DNA of 64,000 nucleotides from Psilocybe cubensis (Eukaryota): NCBI GenBank assembly GCA_017499595.2, contig CM039002.1, positions 2,728,001 to 2,792,000 of the forward strand, read 5' to 3'. Shown piece by piece: positions 52,040 to 64,000 of this stretch (position 1 is its first letter; each line of letters starts with the position of its first letter). The notes under the pieces were generated by a model. It saw only the letters and a program-made list of their open reading frames with translations, ran no database searches and was not told where the DNA came from. The position numbers and the translations under genes were made by a program.

Positions 52040-52806
52040 ATGGCTATAGTCAACCTGAACCTCATCGACTCGAGCAAATTTACTCATCGTTTTACGTCTT
52101 GTGAAATCGTTGACTTGCCTCACAACTCACAACTCACTATTGTCCGGGCTTTGGGTCATTCCCCTAGTCCGCGAGTATTCCTGGCGACTCTGACAACAAC
52201 TTGCACTAGTCCCTCGAACACCCTCGACCTCGTCGTTAAACTAGCAACTAATGCTGCTGGAATGTTGGACCTTCATATGGAAGAATGGGCATATGGAAAA
52301 CTGAAAGAAATGCAAGGAGTCTCTATTCCGTTGTGTTATGGGCTGTTCGAGGGCATGATTCACGGTGAAGATGTGAAATTCTTGCTACTTGAGTATTGTG
52401 TTCCAGATCGATTCCTCATCACTGAGCTTGATATACTAGAGATGCAGTGAGTTAAAGTTTTTCTTCTATTTTTTTACCACGATTACCCATCCACGGTATA
52501 ACTTCAATCACTCTTAGGTACCAAACGATGTTGGCATTAATCAAAATTCATCGGAAGGATCTCTGTTATGGGAAACTCTTGGACTCTTCTCACGTCATTG
52601 TTCAAAATGGCTCGTCGCGCATCTTAAGCCTCTCAAAAGTGAGGCCCTATGGACCGTCATGCAAAGATATTTCCAGGTTTTATGACGACGACGGAGTCAA
52701 AAACGCAGAACGCCAATGCTGGTCTCGGGAGCTTGTGGACACTGCGCTCCACTACGAGTTAACCGAAAGGAAGAGAAACCGGGGCTACAATTTCTTACAT
52801 ATATAA
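52040..52806 (+). CDS. Small fungal protein-kinase-like-fold protein, probably catalytically degenerate
   Basis: VVKLA, ExxAYxKL, MQGVSIPLCYGLF and LLLEY match the kinase N-lobe. One intron at ~52446-52518; TATA at ~51972. Confidence 0.7.
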
Positions 52807-53347
52807 TAACTTGACTTTTTCACGATAGTTATCTGAATATGCACAATCTCAGGGCAGTCGGATCTCTCTTATTAGTTTCAAACTTATTATTACTGTCAAA
52901 TGCATTACCACAGACGCTGTGCCATTTTTCCATACGCAATTGGTTAACTTTTTCCTTGTGTAGACAATATATAAGGGATGGGGACAAACATCCTCCCCTG
53001 TGCATGCACCAACAGTGCCAAAAGTTCAGAAAAATAAGTGCGCTGCATCTTTCACCTATCGAATCTTTGTTGGTTGAGAATGAAATACAAAATGAGTTGT
53101 GATATTTTTACACTTCGGACCGATTTCTTTCATGTCCTGCGAGAACCTCATGACGCACAGCACATCCGAGCCCGACACTGTGCTGCGTCCCTATTTATAT
53201 CGCATGCGGCCCATTCTCTGAGCGACGTTACGCAGACGACTATGGATGATACTTGACCGGGAGAAACGCTCAAGAAACGCTATAAAGTCGCCAGAACTAA
53301 GTATCATTTCAACAACAACCTCTAGATCCTCCTCAAGTCTCTTAAAC

Positions 53348-54156
53348 ATGTTCTCCTTCAACAAGATCCTTAACCTCGCTTTCATCGCACTGAATGGTGC
53401 TCTTATTGCTGCTGCTGCACCAGTGAGTTCGCTGCTGATCGGTCAGCTCGATGAATGTTTTAATTTAACTTTTATGTGTGAAAGGCATCTCAGACCCTCT
53501 CTTGCTTCCCTCCTGCTGCGGGGAACTACTCTTTTGAGAGCGTGGCATTTCCTGGAGAGCTTGTAGGTGTCGGTCAAGGATTTGTACCGGTTATCGAAAA
53601 GGCACCCCCTCAAGGCAATCTTGGAGTTGTAAGATATTTATTAGATTCAAAGTCAAACCTAACTCAAATTCTGCTGACAGTGGACTCTCACCACGGCTGA
53701 CCAGGGAGGTTACCACATCATGAACGTTGAGCTCATGGAAACTGTCACGACAGTTCATCTCGTTGAATCGGTCTGTCTTTTGAATGTTCCAGCTACCTAT
53801 GCCAATTGACCAAAATATTAGAACTTGTTCCTCCCAACTGTTTCTTCGGCCCCAGCAACAACCTACGCCATAGAATGCGCGGGTGCCAATGGGCCGCAAT
53901 ATGTTGTTAGTAATGTTCTTTCCGACATTGTATCAGAATATATAACTAATGATCAACACGCAGATTAAGGCTGTCGATGATGATCTGCTTTGGGAAACTA
54001 TTCCCGGAACACGAGACGGTGACGCTCAGCAGGGAGTTGCCAATGTCAGCAGTACTTTACATCATTATATTTAAAATACTCACATCTTCACTACAGGTGG
54101 AAATGCATCCCGCTGACGGATCCGACGAGCAACGCTTCCTTCTTCATGCACTTTAG
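53348..54156 (+). CDS. Secreted beta-trefoil (ricin-B/CCL2-like) lectin-like protein, 6 exons, ~177 aa
   Basis: Signal peptide MFSFNKILNLAFIALNGALIAAAAP. Spliced body GNYSFESVAFPGELVGVG...VWTLTTADQGGYHIMNV...TYAIECAG..QYVIKAVDDDLLWE...VEMHPADGSDEQRFLL*. Five phase-0 GT-AG introns; TATAAA at 53281. Confidence 0.7.
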
Positions 54157-54468
54157 TGCCGCTTGTGACTCTTCTTTGTCTATTTCAGTCTCATTTTTTA
54201 AGAAATACACTTGCATTGGACACTTTATCGATGATTGGTTCTCTTAATCTAGTAAAAATGAGTCATAAACGTTGAGCGTGCGTGGAACTGGAGTGAGGTC
54301 TAACGGGTCGCGTGAATTATAGGGGCCCGACGTGACTCGGCACGTCAATCAATTACGTAAGGATCAGATTGTTTGTTTTGAAAGGTGTCTTGTGTTGAAA
54401 TGGTTTATTATCGACACACAAGTTCAGAATTTCTTACCCCCTGACTTTCTCTATCCTCCTACATCGAA

Positions 54469-57184
54469 ATGTCATCCTGTCGCGAGATTGTAAATATACA
54501 GGTGTGCGACCATGTACCACATCCACTTCCAACACATAACTAACTTGCGAAGGCTGGGCAAGCTGGCAATCAGGTGATGGTCGAGACCGTATGCTCGGCG
54601 TCCCATTGTGTCTGAACTTCCAGCATAGGTTGGGGACGCATTCTGGCAGATGCTGCTTGCAGAGCATGGAATAGATAAATCTGGAGTAAGCAGCTATTCA
54701 ACATTTACGTGACGCGACATTGACGTGTCGTCTGAAATAGACGTATCAAGGCAAAGATCCCCTGCAACTTCAAAGGGTGAGACCCCTTCTCGCGCAATCG
54801 GGTTAATTTACGAAAACCTTGGGCGTAGGCGGGAGTTTATTTCGAAGAAATCCGCGGTGGATCTAGCACCCGATTTGTACCGAGGAGTGTACAGGTGGAT
54901 CTCGAAGCTGGGGTGTGCAACAGGGTGCGTGCGGATGCCAATTTGTTTTTTGTTAATCATTTTAAACTGTTATTTCAGCTTCGAGGCGGTCCCATGGGGA
55001 AGCTATTTAGGCCCGACACGTTTATTACGGCGGAACCGGGAGCTGGTAACAACTGGGCAAAAGGATGTAAGTTACATTATCTTCGATAATGTTCGTAAAC
55101 TTAACACACCTATAGATTATACTGAAGGTATAACAAGAATCTCCCCTTGTTAGAAGCTATACACTCAACTTTTCTCCAAAGGCGCTGAACTTGTTGATTC
55201 CATTTTGGTGCATATATTTTTACAATTCTTTGAGACGCCCAAAACGCTGACGTTATTAATAAAGGATGTTGTACGCGTTCAAGCTGAATCATGCGATGCA
55301 CTGCAAGGGTTCCAAATTTTGCACTCGCTAGGCGGCGGAACCGGTGCAGGATTGGGGAGTTTAATGCTCAGTAAATTAAGGGAAGAATATCCTGACAGAA
55401 TGATGGCCACCTTTTCTATCATTCCTTCCCCCAAGGTACGCTGCTTCTTTCGTTCTTCAATATAGATTTGTCTTAAGCAGCCTGTCGAATTACAATAAGG
55501 TTTCCGAAACTGTTGTGGAGGTGAGCATCTTTTACGTCCGAGATACTAGTCCACTGAGGCCACTACCAGCCTTATAACGCAATGTTATCTGTTCATCAAT
55601 TGGTCGATAACAGCGATCTTACGATTTGCATCGATAATGAAGCATTGTAAGTACATTCTTTACATTATTTTATCACGAAACATTAAGCTTTCTTAGGTAT
55701 GATATCTGCGTTCGCACCCTGAAGGTGCCCAGCCCAGCCTTCCCAGATTTGAACAATGTAAGTTCATTTGTTGTTTAGTCCTGTACTATATTAAATTTTT
55801 TGTTAGTTGATAGCTCAAGTCATGTGTGGAGTCAGTACAAGTCTTAGGTTCCCTGGACAGCTGAATGGGTTTGTGCTATGTACAATCTCGACTTGTATTT
55901 TATACTGATATTCTTGCCCCAGCGACCTTCGAAAACTTGGAATGAATCTTATTCCTTTCCCTCGTGTAGGTCGTGGTACTTGTTAGTAGTCGCATTGCTA
56001 ACTCATGGTTTTTGCAGCTTCACTTCTTGATGCCCAGTTATGCTCCGTTCTACGATCCTAAAGCCAAGCATTTCGAGAAAAACTCAGTATCGGAGTTGAC
56101 CAAAGCGTTTGTTTCATGACCATTTCCGATTTTCTATGGGATTTTAACTGGTATACTAGCTTATTCGATCGAAGGAATCTTTTGGTTGCATGTGATCCTC
56201 GTTTTGGGTCCGTTATTTCATTTCCGCATCTCGTCCTTGTATCCGCTAACCTCGCCACAGCCGATACCTTACGGCTGCTACTATATTCCGTGGTGACATC
56301 TCTTCTAGAGAAGTAAGTGTCTCGATGATGCTCGCCTGAGGACATGATGACATTCTTTATATTTTTGGTAGGCTGAAGTATGTACCTCGGGTCATGCTTC
56401 ATTTGAACTGGGCACTCAACGTTGAATTACGTTTTTTGCTACCATTTATCCTCGTTGCGCTGCACATCTTGGAAATAATCTTGAACCTGCCCTGGCATAC
56501 ATTGGCTGTTGCTTAGGTGTCAGTTCACGATCTTCAAAAGAAAAACTCTCAACATTTCGTGGAGTGCGTACAGTTACGTTCTGTCCCTCTTTCTAGGTTC
56601 GCTGATGAAGCTACAAGGTGGATACCCGATAATGTGTCCGTCTCACTTGTCCGTGTGCCTCCAGTAGGCCAGACTCAGGTACGATTTTAATTATATTGAT
56701 ACTTGGAATGAATGTGCCAACCTTTTGTGCTACATCACAGTCGGCCACGTGTCTATCGAATTCAACCGCTATCCAAGAACTTTTCAAACGAACTCTAGAA
56801 AGCGTAAGTTTTTTCTGTGCTGGAGCTGTTTATATGAATATCTGTTTCCCCTCGTATAGTTCTCGGCTATGTTCAAGCGAAGGGCGTTCTTGCACTGGTA
56901 CACTGGAGAAGGCATGGACGTTATGGAATTCTCTGAAGCAGAGAATAATACCTTGGACCTTGTGTAAGTCTACAAAATTGGACCTTCAAAATTGCACATT
57001 GTTTGACATGCGTATTTATGATGACAGTGCTGAATACCAGCAGGTGTGTTTAACATCTTGTACCCTGTTTGGCTTCACATGTTCTTACTTTTTTTTTTTC
57101 TCCTTTTAGTACCAAGAAGCTACCAACGATACCGAAGAGCTCGAGTATGAAGAAGAGGAAGTTCATGACGATCAAGCAGAATGA
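54469..57184 (+). CDS. Divergent beta-tubulin (second isotype), 24 exons
   Basis: [92 protein letters not shown] and an acidic tail. Confidence 0.95.
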
Positions 57185-57701
57185 CCTGAGGAAATGGAAA
57201 AATCGAACATATGATCCGCTTCATGCTCCCATTCTGACTCGTCTCAATCAGTTCCCTCATACTATTTTTCATTCGATTTAATTGTCATTGAACTCTATAA
57301 TTAGCGTCTATAAAGGAATTCGTTGCTCAATTACCTAGTGGGTCGATTGGAGAAGACCACGTTCAAGGCCGTGTGATCAACGTCTATTTATCAGTCTCCG
57401 TTGTGATTCCTTAGTTGGCATTTCTGACTCTCAGAACTTAGATTCAGGCTCGGACCGAAAGCACTTCTTGCTCCGAATAGGTCGCTGGCCTGACTAGCAT
57501 GGGTATAAAAATCGCACTCACCTGTGCCTCAGTGCTGGGCAGCTTAAGCGACGGTCTTTCCTTTATCCTGCTTTACCACGGCAGCTCCTCACTGAACGTA
57601 CTGAGGTAAGTTTGGACTACCATAACTATATCATTGACGTTCTTATCGATAAACCACCACTTCCTCAGCAACTCGTGTTTTACTATCAACTCCAGACCAA
57701 G

Positions 57702-59387
57702 ATGTCACTTCCTGCTCGTTTTATTGACTTGAAAGTCCAGATAGCATCATCATATCCTGATTTTGAAAAAAATGCGATACGGACATGGTCAGAAATATTG
57801 CATGAGATGAATAATGTGACGAAGACGATTATCGAAGAGGGCACTAATGTGAGTAGTTTTGAGCTCTAGGTCTCGTTCCATGCCCCTATATTGTTGCCTT
57901 GCAGTACGTTCCACAAGTCGATTTCGCGGACCTGAACAATCTAAGTTCCGAGGAAGTGGAGAAGATTAAGAGAAAGGGTAGTGTGGTTATCAGGAACGTC
58001 GTTCCGGACGAGCAAGCCATCAAATGGAAAGAAGAATTGAAGGAGTTCGTAACCGTCAATTCCACCGTGGAAGGTAAGCGGCTTGAGTGCTCTTATCTCT
58101 CCCTGCTGTCCGCTTGACAAAGGATCAAGGACTACCTGAAGGCGACAAGCAGTTCTTCCAACTATAGTCAGTTGGTGTTCGATTTTAACAGTTACTTTCG
58201 TCGGCTCACTTGATTCCGCCAGCTGGACCAAACCACAAGTTCAAGCACGCTCTCACCCAAACGTCCTGGCTGCGACAGTATGGCTTAACAATCTCTACAC
58301 CGTATCATCCCAGGAAAGGGCGTCCACACTCGAGGGGGTGGATTTAAGTGTACCACTGACTTACGCAGACAGGTTCCGCATTCGTAAACCTGGAGTTTCT
58401 TGGGATCTACACCCTCCGCATGTCGACGGTAATGATGCGCTCATGATATTATGACTAACTAACATGCTTCTCTGTTTTTCATGTAGGCGGTACCATCGAA
58501 CGCTGGGAAGATACTTCCTTTAGGCGATGCTTTGAACCGATCTTCAAAGGCGACTGGAAGAGTCATGATCCTTTCGCACTTGAGGGACGACTCGATGCAC
58601 GGAGCTCGCTTTATGGAAGGCCTAACCAGTCGAGTATTTTTAGAAGCTTCCAGGGGTGGTTGGCAATGAGGTGAAAAGATTTATTTGCGTATAGGACTGA
58701 TAGTTGGCTTTTATTAATGGATGTATACAGCGAAACAGCGCCAACCCAAGGCACATTGAAAGTTTTCCCCGACGTCTTGTTGTCCAACGCGTATACTCTG
58801 CTGCGACCATTCTTCACTCCTCTCGTCCCGGTTGATTCAACAGACATTTACGATGGAAAGAATTGGAAATTCGGTGAGTTCTACTACTTTGCGTTACCTT
58901 CCGTTCCAATTGAAATGTCATGTCACAAACAGACCTGAGCACACCGGATTTCCCTGGTATCATACCCAGAGACGGTGGCTACGCCGGGCCCCGACCTACT
59001 CCTGAGCTCTACCCAAACATGAGGTTAGATGAGACCATGACTTCGGTGCCCAAGGTCTATCCAGGAGATATGGTCTTTTGGCACTGCGATGTCGTTCATT
59101 CGGTGGAAAGAGAACATACTGGAACTGGTGACTCTGCAGGTTCGTCGCTTGCTTATACACTGTAGTGATGTACTCACCCGGCTATGTATGCAGTGATGTA
59201 CATTCCTGCCGTTCCATTGACACCTCAGAACCGGGCATATGTTGAACGTCAAAAGGAGACTTTCCTTGCTGGACAACGGCCTCCCGATTTCCCAAAAGGT
59301 CCTGGAGAGGCAGAATACATTGGTACGGGTACGATAGCGGATGTGATAAGTCAGGTTGGACAAAGGGCGATGGGTCTTGTTGCTTAA
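57702..59387 (+). CDS. DUF1479 (Gig2/YbiU-like) protein, predicted Fe(II)/2-oxoglutarate oxygenase fold
   Basis: LPARFIDLK, WTKPQVQARSHP, YADRFRIR, PHVDGG (HxD), FRSFQGWLA, PGDMVFWHCDVVHSVE, VMYIPAVPLTP and GQRPPDFP. Confidence 0.9.
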
Positions 59388-60074
59388 TAGTGAGTTGAGC
59401 CATGCAGCGATTATACTGTATTCTTTTGGACAAATGATAGTTGGGGAAATGTGATTTATGTTATTCACCCATAAGAAGAGCATATTTATGATGTAGCTCT
59501 TTGGAAGGAGGTCGAAAAATATACTTTGACTCATAGCAACTGACGCTAGCGCGCGTCCTTGCATTGAAGCCGCTACTACTACCTACAGATTTCCCCGCAC
59601 TACAGCAATGAATACATGATAAACGCATAGAAAACACTATGTTTAAGGATTTTAGCTGTCAGACTTGTATCTCGAATATAAAAACACGCAATCAGTGTCC
59701 TCGGCCTTCCTCACGTCTTTTTAGTACTAATAGTAGCACAATCTGTGGCAAATAGGGGTGCGCGTCGTAGTCAGGTGACTTGTCGGACCTTGAATATTTG
59801 ATACCGCCGTCGGCAAAATTTACTGTGCTTCCTGTTTCTTCCTCTTCTACAATTAGTACCAATAACCATACAGCTATATGATGCATTCAGGTATGGATTC
59901 GCTTTAATACTCTCACCTTAGTGTAAGTACCTCGGCAATAGTAGGAAGCTAATAGTTGGCCGTAACGGGCAAACGAAACCCTATTTGAGGCTTTCAGGGA
60001 CCTAACTTAATTTTGGACGACATTTGCCCGTCAAGAAGAATGTTGGTCAGAACGTCGATGTTCTCTTTCGCTCC

Positions 60075-61273
60075 ATGTACCCGAACCATCTGAGCCGAGT
60101 CCTCGTGTCACTTGTGGGCAGCTTACAACTTGTCGTATTTTTCGCTCCCACCTGTTGTCGAGGATATGCAGTGTCGATGGCAGAATTATGGACTAGAAGC
60201 CTCAAGGATGACGATTTGACGAGTTGGTCATCATCAACGTCTATCGCAACTCTGGAAAAGAGGGAATCTACAGGCGATTTGGTCCACGACCAATTCTTCA
60301 TTCCTGCCATTGCGTCTATTGGTGTTATATTCTTGCTCGGAGTATTCTGCGTGTGTATGCTCGTAACTCGGAAACCTTCCAGGCCGATATTGCCGCCAGA
60401 CGCACCCAGCAAGTAATTTGGCTTCTTTCAAACTCTCGCACATCTCACGCTGTAAAAACAGGAATAGTCTCTGAAATGCGCCCGCACACTCTACGTCCGT
60501 TATCGATGCAGCAGCAGCAACCCTTGCAGGCGTATAATGACGTTGGAATGTATGACTCACAAGGCAGACCACAGTCGAGGGTGCAGCGCAAGCCCCCGCC
60601 AGTATTTCTTGCTAGTCCCAATGGTACACCTCTGGGGACTGCAACGTCGGGCAATTTCCCAGTTCCCACCCATCCGTCGTCCACAAACGGCGCAGGCGGG
60701 GGCGCTTATCCGCACATGCGTACCGGCAACCCGAGCCTCCAAAAATACAACCCCGAGCCGTTTGTATACACACCTCGGACCGTCGATCAGCATACCGAGA
60801 ATGTTTATCGTCCTCCTGGGAGATGGGCACAGCGTGATCGACCTTTGTCAATACCCTCAACTGCTGGTATCTCATCGATCACTCATTTAGGCTCTGGGGG
60901 GTCGGATTACCATCGCCAGCAACTGCAGTACCAACAGGGGCAAGAACCGAGCGCTAACCCCTCCCAAAGTCCACTTTTGCCACCACCGCAGCAGCAGCAC
61001 CAGAGCCAGAAGCAGCCTTCTCAGCACCAACACCAACAGTCAACTAGTAGTAGCAGGGATGTTCACACTCATCCGGCCGATCTAACAGGCGAGTCGGAAT
61101 ATACTAATGCTTATGGTGGGATTGAGGATGATCAGAATGTCACTTCCAATCGCGATCAACGTCTACATCAACCTCTTCCACCTCCGCCACCTGAGCATAC
61201 TGACTCGAGTGGAGCACTCTCTTACCTAACGACACCTGCTTTGAGTGCTCACAAAGTTCCTCCGACTCAATGA
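60075..61273 (+). CDS. Single-pass membrane protein with signal peptide, KR site and Pro/Gln-rich cytoplasmic tail
   Basis: ORF 60024-60416 (signal, LEKRES, TM FFIPAIASIGVIFLLGVFCVCMLV) joins ORF 60224-61273 in frame only through a GC-AG intron at 60409-60461 (GCAAGT...ACAG). Confidence 0.65.
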
Positions 61274-62334
61274 TTGATACTTGATACTTCCTTGTTAATA
61301 TTTACGCGTTACGACTCATCCTTCGCTACATCCACACACGAGCCTCATGATTCTGAAATGAAATCAATGACACATTTACCCATCGACTAGACTTTTTCCT
61401 TGCACGGTAAAATATGTTTAGCCCATTCTTCTGAATTCAATATTAAAATGAACGAGACAGCCTATTCTCAATATATATCAAGCGCAATCGCACGAACAAA
61501 TCCGACTTACTCGTCCGTTAATTTCATGTACTATTGCTCCCCGATAAGTGCGTCGTGGGCCGCGGGCTTGCGCAATAGATAGCTGCAATGACATACCAAA
61601 GTCCCGCTAGGCCGTTATCTTTCGGATATTGAAAAGGAGTGGCTTATACTTCCTCCGCTGACACAGTCATGGTCTTATAAGAATTATCGTAGCGTCGTGT
61701 TGGGAAGGGTTGACAGTGCTTCTCTTCTCATGCAGACAACTTCACATTACATTCCAGACCTTCTTGCTCTTTCACATCCTGGGTGAGAATAGGTGAGAAT
61801 TCCAATGTTGAACTGTTCAAGTAGTTTGGTTACAACCACATCTGTGCTGTAATTCTCAGAATAACCTCAAGAGTCTTTGTTGGCTATACGTACCGCTGAA
61901 GAGCCTTCGTTCTAACTGAAAATCAACGTCACGATGATAATACGTCGTACTCAACCCCTATCGTGCCCGAACCTGTCAGGCTGCTGGAAGAGTCGGAGCT
62001 TTAAATTGCGACTTAAATTAAATAATGATTAGGAACTTGCCGTCGGAGTTTCTCGGAATTTATCTCCCTTTTCTTTCTCACACCACGACTTAGCGTCGGC
62101 AAAACAAAGCATTTACTCATTCTCCTTCCAGCTGTGATACAAAGGCAGCAGGTTGGCAATAATCTCCGTCAATTATAACGAGGAAGGTTCATCTCTAACA
62201 TATATGTGAGTGCGTTCATCGTATTTCGCGAAAATTTTGAGAGTGATGAATGTTTCGCATTTGTTTTGTTTTCAGGCAAAGCTAGATCATAAACTGCAAT
62301 TTTCGGGTTTTTCAATCTATTTTTTACGTCCTCG

Positions 62335-64000
62335 ATGGATAATTCAATCCATCAGCATGTTTTTGACCCCGCGCTGAACCACGACCACAATGGCGTCCCT
62401 GAAGAACAGAGGAATCAGGATGATCCTTCAACAAGCACCGCGGTTCTCAATCCTGACGGGACACCAATCAAGAGGCGGCCAGGGCGACCAAAAGGGAGCA
62501 CGAAGAAGAATCTGTTAGCAGGAGGGCCGTTACCTCCAAAGCCCAAGAGGCCTGTAGGGAGACCGAGAAAGGATGGGTTTCCAGCGGGATCTGTTGGGCC
62601 TAGGGTTAAAAGAGAGAGGACGGTGGGTGTTCCACAGGTGGTGAGTAACAGGATCTTCACCTTTCTTCTCTTTTGGAATTCAACGAGATCGTTGCATGCA
62701 GGTTCAATATCCTGGTGTAGCTTACCCACCTATGCCTTACGGATACTCTATCAGCGCACCAATACCACCTGCTGTAGCTGCAGCTGCAGCTGCTCCGATG
62801 TTCCAAATCGATCCGTCTTTGGCTGGTGACAATGAATGGGCTGACCTGGCGCGTACCAACCCAAATGCATTCCTCAGCACGCTGCTTGCAGCTCTGGCAG
62901 CCCCAAACCCAGTATCCAGCGCAGGTCCAACTGTCGAAGAAGCCTTCAAATCTCACTTGGTCTCCTTGGCACCGAATCCGTCACAAATGCAACCCATCCC
63001 ATCCCTCTATTCTATTCTCAAAACATTCTGGTTGCCCTCAAGCCCCGCGTATTTCTCGCTCACTGCCTCAGCATCTACTGCTCGCACCCCCTCAGAACAT
63101 CGCTTCTTGTATTGGGATCCACAACCACTGGTGTTCAACGGAATCGCGTGCCCAAGTTGTTCCGCCCCACTTATCAACAAAGGCCGTATCAGCTCAGGGC
63201 CAGTCAAAATCTACGACATCGAACGCCCCTTCTTCATTGTAGGCTGCGAATACGTGTGTCGTTCGCCTACATGCATCGCTGCCACCGGATCTCCCGAGGG
63301 CCGCAAATACGCGTCGACAGATTCTTCGATCTTACGATCTTTGCCTTTGTTGTTGAAAGATGAATTTCCTGCTAAGCTCTTGAATGGAGACGCGGATGCA
63401 GGGAGCGGGCCAAATGTGTGGAATTGGAAAGCGATGGGTGTCAGCAGCGGTTTATGGCATCTGGTTATGGGTGCTTTAAGGTCGGGGTTGAAGAAGGATG
63501 TTATCCTCCGACTCATTTGGTCCGTTCAGACGAAAGCGACTGATACACCCGCCGAGAGCATTGCTATCGCTCCTCAAAGCAAGCCGGTCGTCTTGCCTCC
63601 CCCTCCGCCGCCGCCGCCAGCACCGATTCAAGACGGTCAAGTCCAAGAAAATGACCAAGAAGGCGATAAAATGGAAGATGGAGAAGATGAGGATCACGAG
63701 ATGAGTAACGCTGAGGACGACGGGGTAAACGGCCAAGATCAGGCCGATTCGAGCCAGACACAAACACTATCCACAAATGTGCGCCGTTACATATACGTAG
63801 ATGCCAGAAAATACATGAATACTGACGAATAAAAAAACAATCTATAGGCGTTCTCAGATGCATATGGCGATGCGTGGAAAGAAAACACAGCAACGGTCGA
63901 AACTCAGGCCAAGAATCCGACAGTTAATGGTGCCTCAACCACCCCTATATCTGCGCAGCCGCAACCTTCTCCAGCGTCTGGTTCTGCTACGTCATCAGGC
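62335..64000 (+). CDS. AT-hook protein with a Cys-rich (DUF6729-like) domain; runs off the window
   Basis: Two AT-hooks (KRRPGRPKGS, KRPVGRPRK); intron ~62641-62701; FLYWDP..CPSC...GCEYVCRSPTC...ILRSLP..LKDEFP; acidic tract; a further intron at ~63779-63848. Confidence 0.8.

Overview
This is eukaryotic, intron-dense DNA with short (~50-70 nt) GT-AG and some GC-AG introns. Gene content and style indicate a mushroom-forming basidiomycete (Agaricomycetes); the species cannot be determined from sequence alone. About 23 protein-coding genes were hand-spliced. In order: 3' end of a DENND6-like gene; four divergent small zinc-finger genes (2.8, 13.3, 15.0, 30.7 kb); orphan genes; a secreted GH105 hydrolase; a fused urease; three paralogous vacuolar-type MFS transporters; a NACHT-type NLR with an N-terminal amyloid-like motif on its own exon; two tandem type-B carboxylesterases; an EXPERA/EBP-like membrane protein; RTC1/WDR24 (SEA/GATOR2); a kinase-like protein with degenerate catalytic motifs; a secreted beta-trefoil lectin-like protein; a highly divergent 23-intron beta-tubulin; a DUF1479 dioxygenase-like gene; a single-pass membrane protein joined by a GC-AG intron; and the 5' part of an AT-hook/Cys-cluster protein. 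The most notable signals are the family of NLS + C2H2 + atypical C-xn-CxC...H finger proteins (including a head-to-head pair), the NLR amyloid-motif exon, and the beta-tubulin with substitutions at benzimidazole-site residues. No rRNA, intact tRNA, CRISPR, or secondary-metabolite core enzyme was seen. All family calls rest on motif recognition, not database searches.
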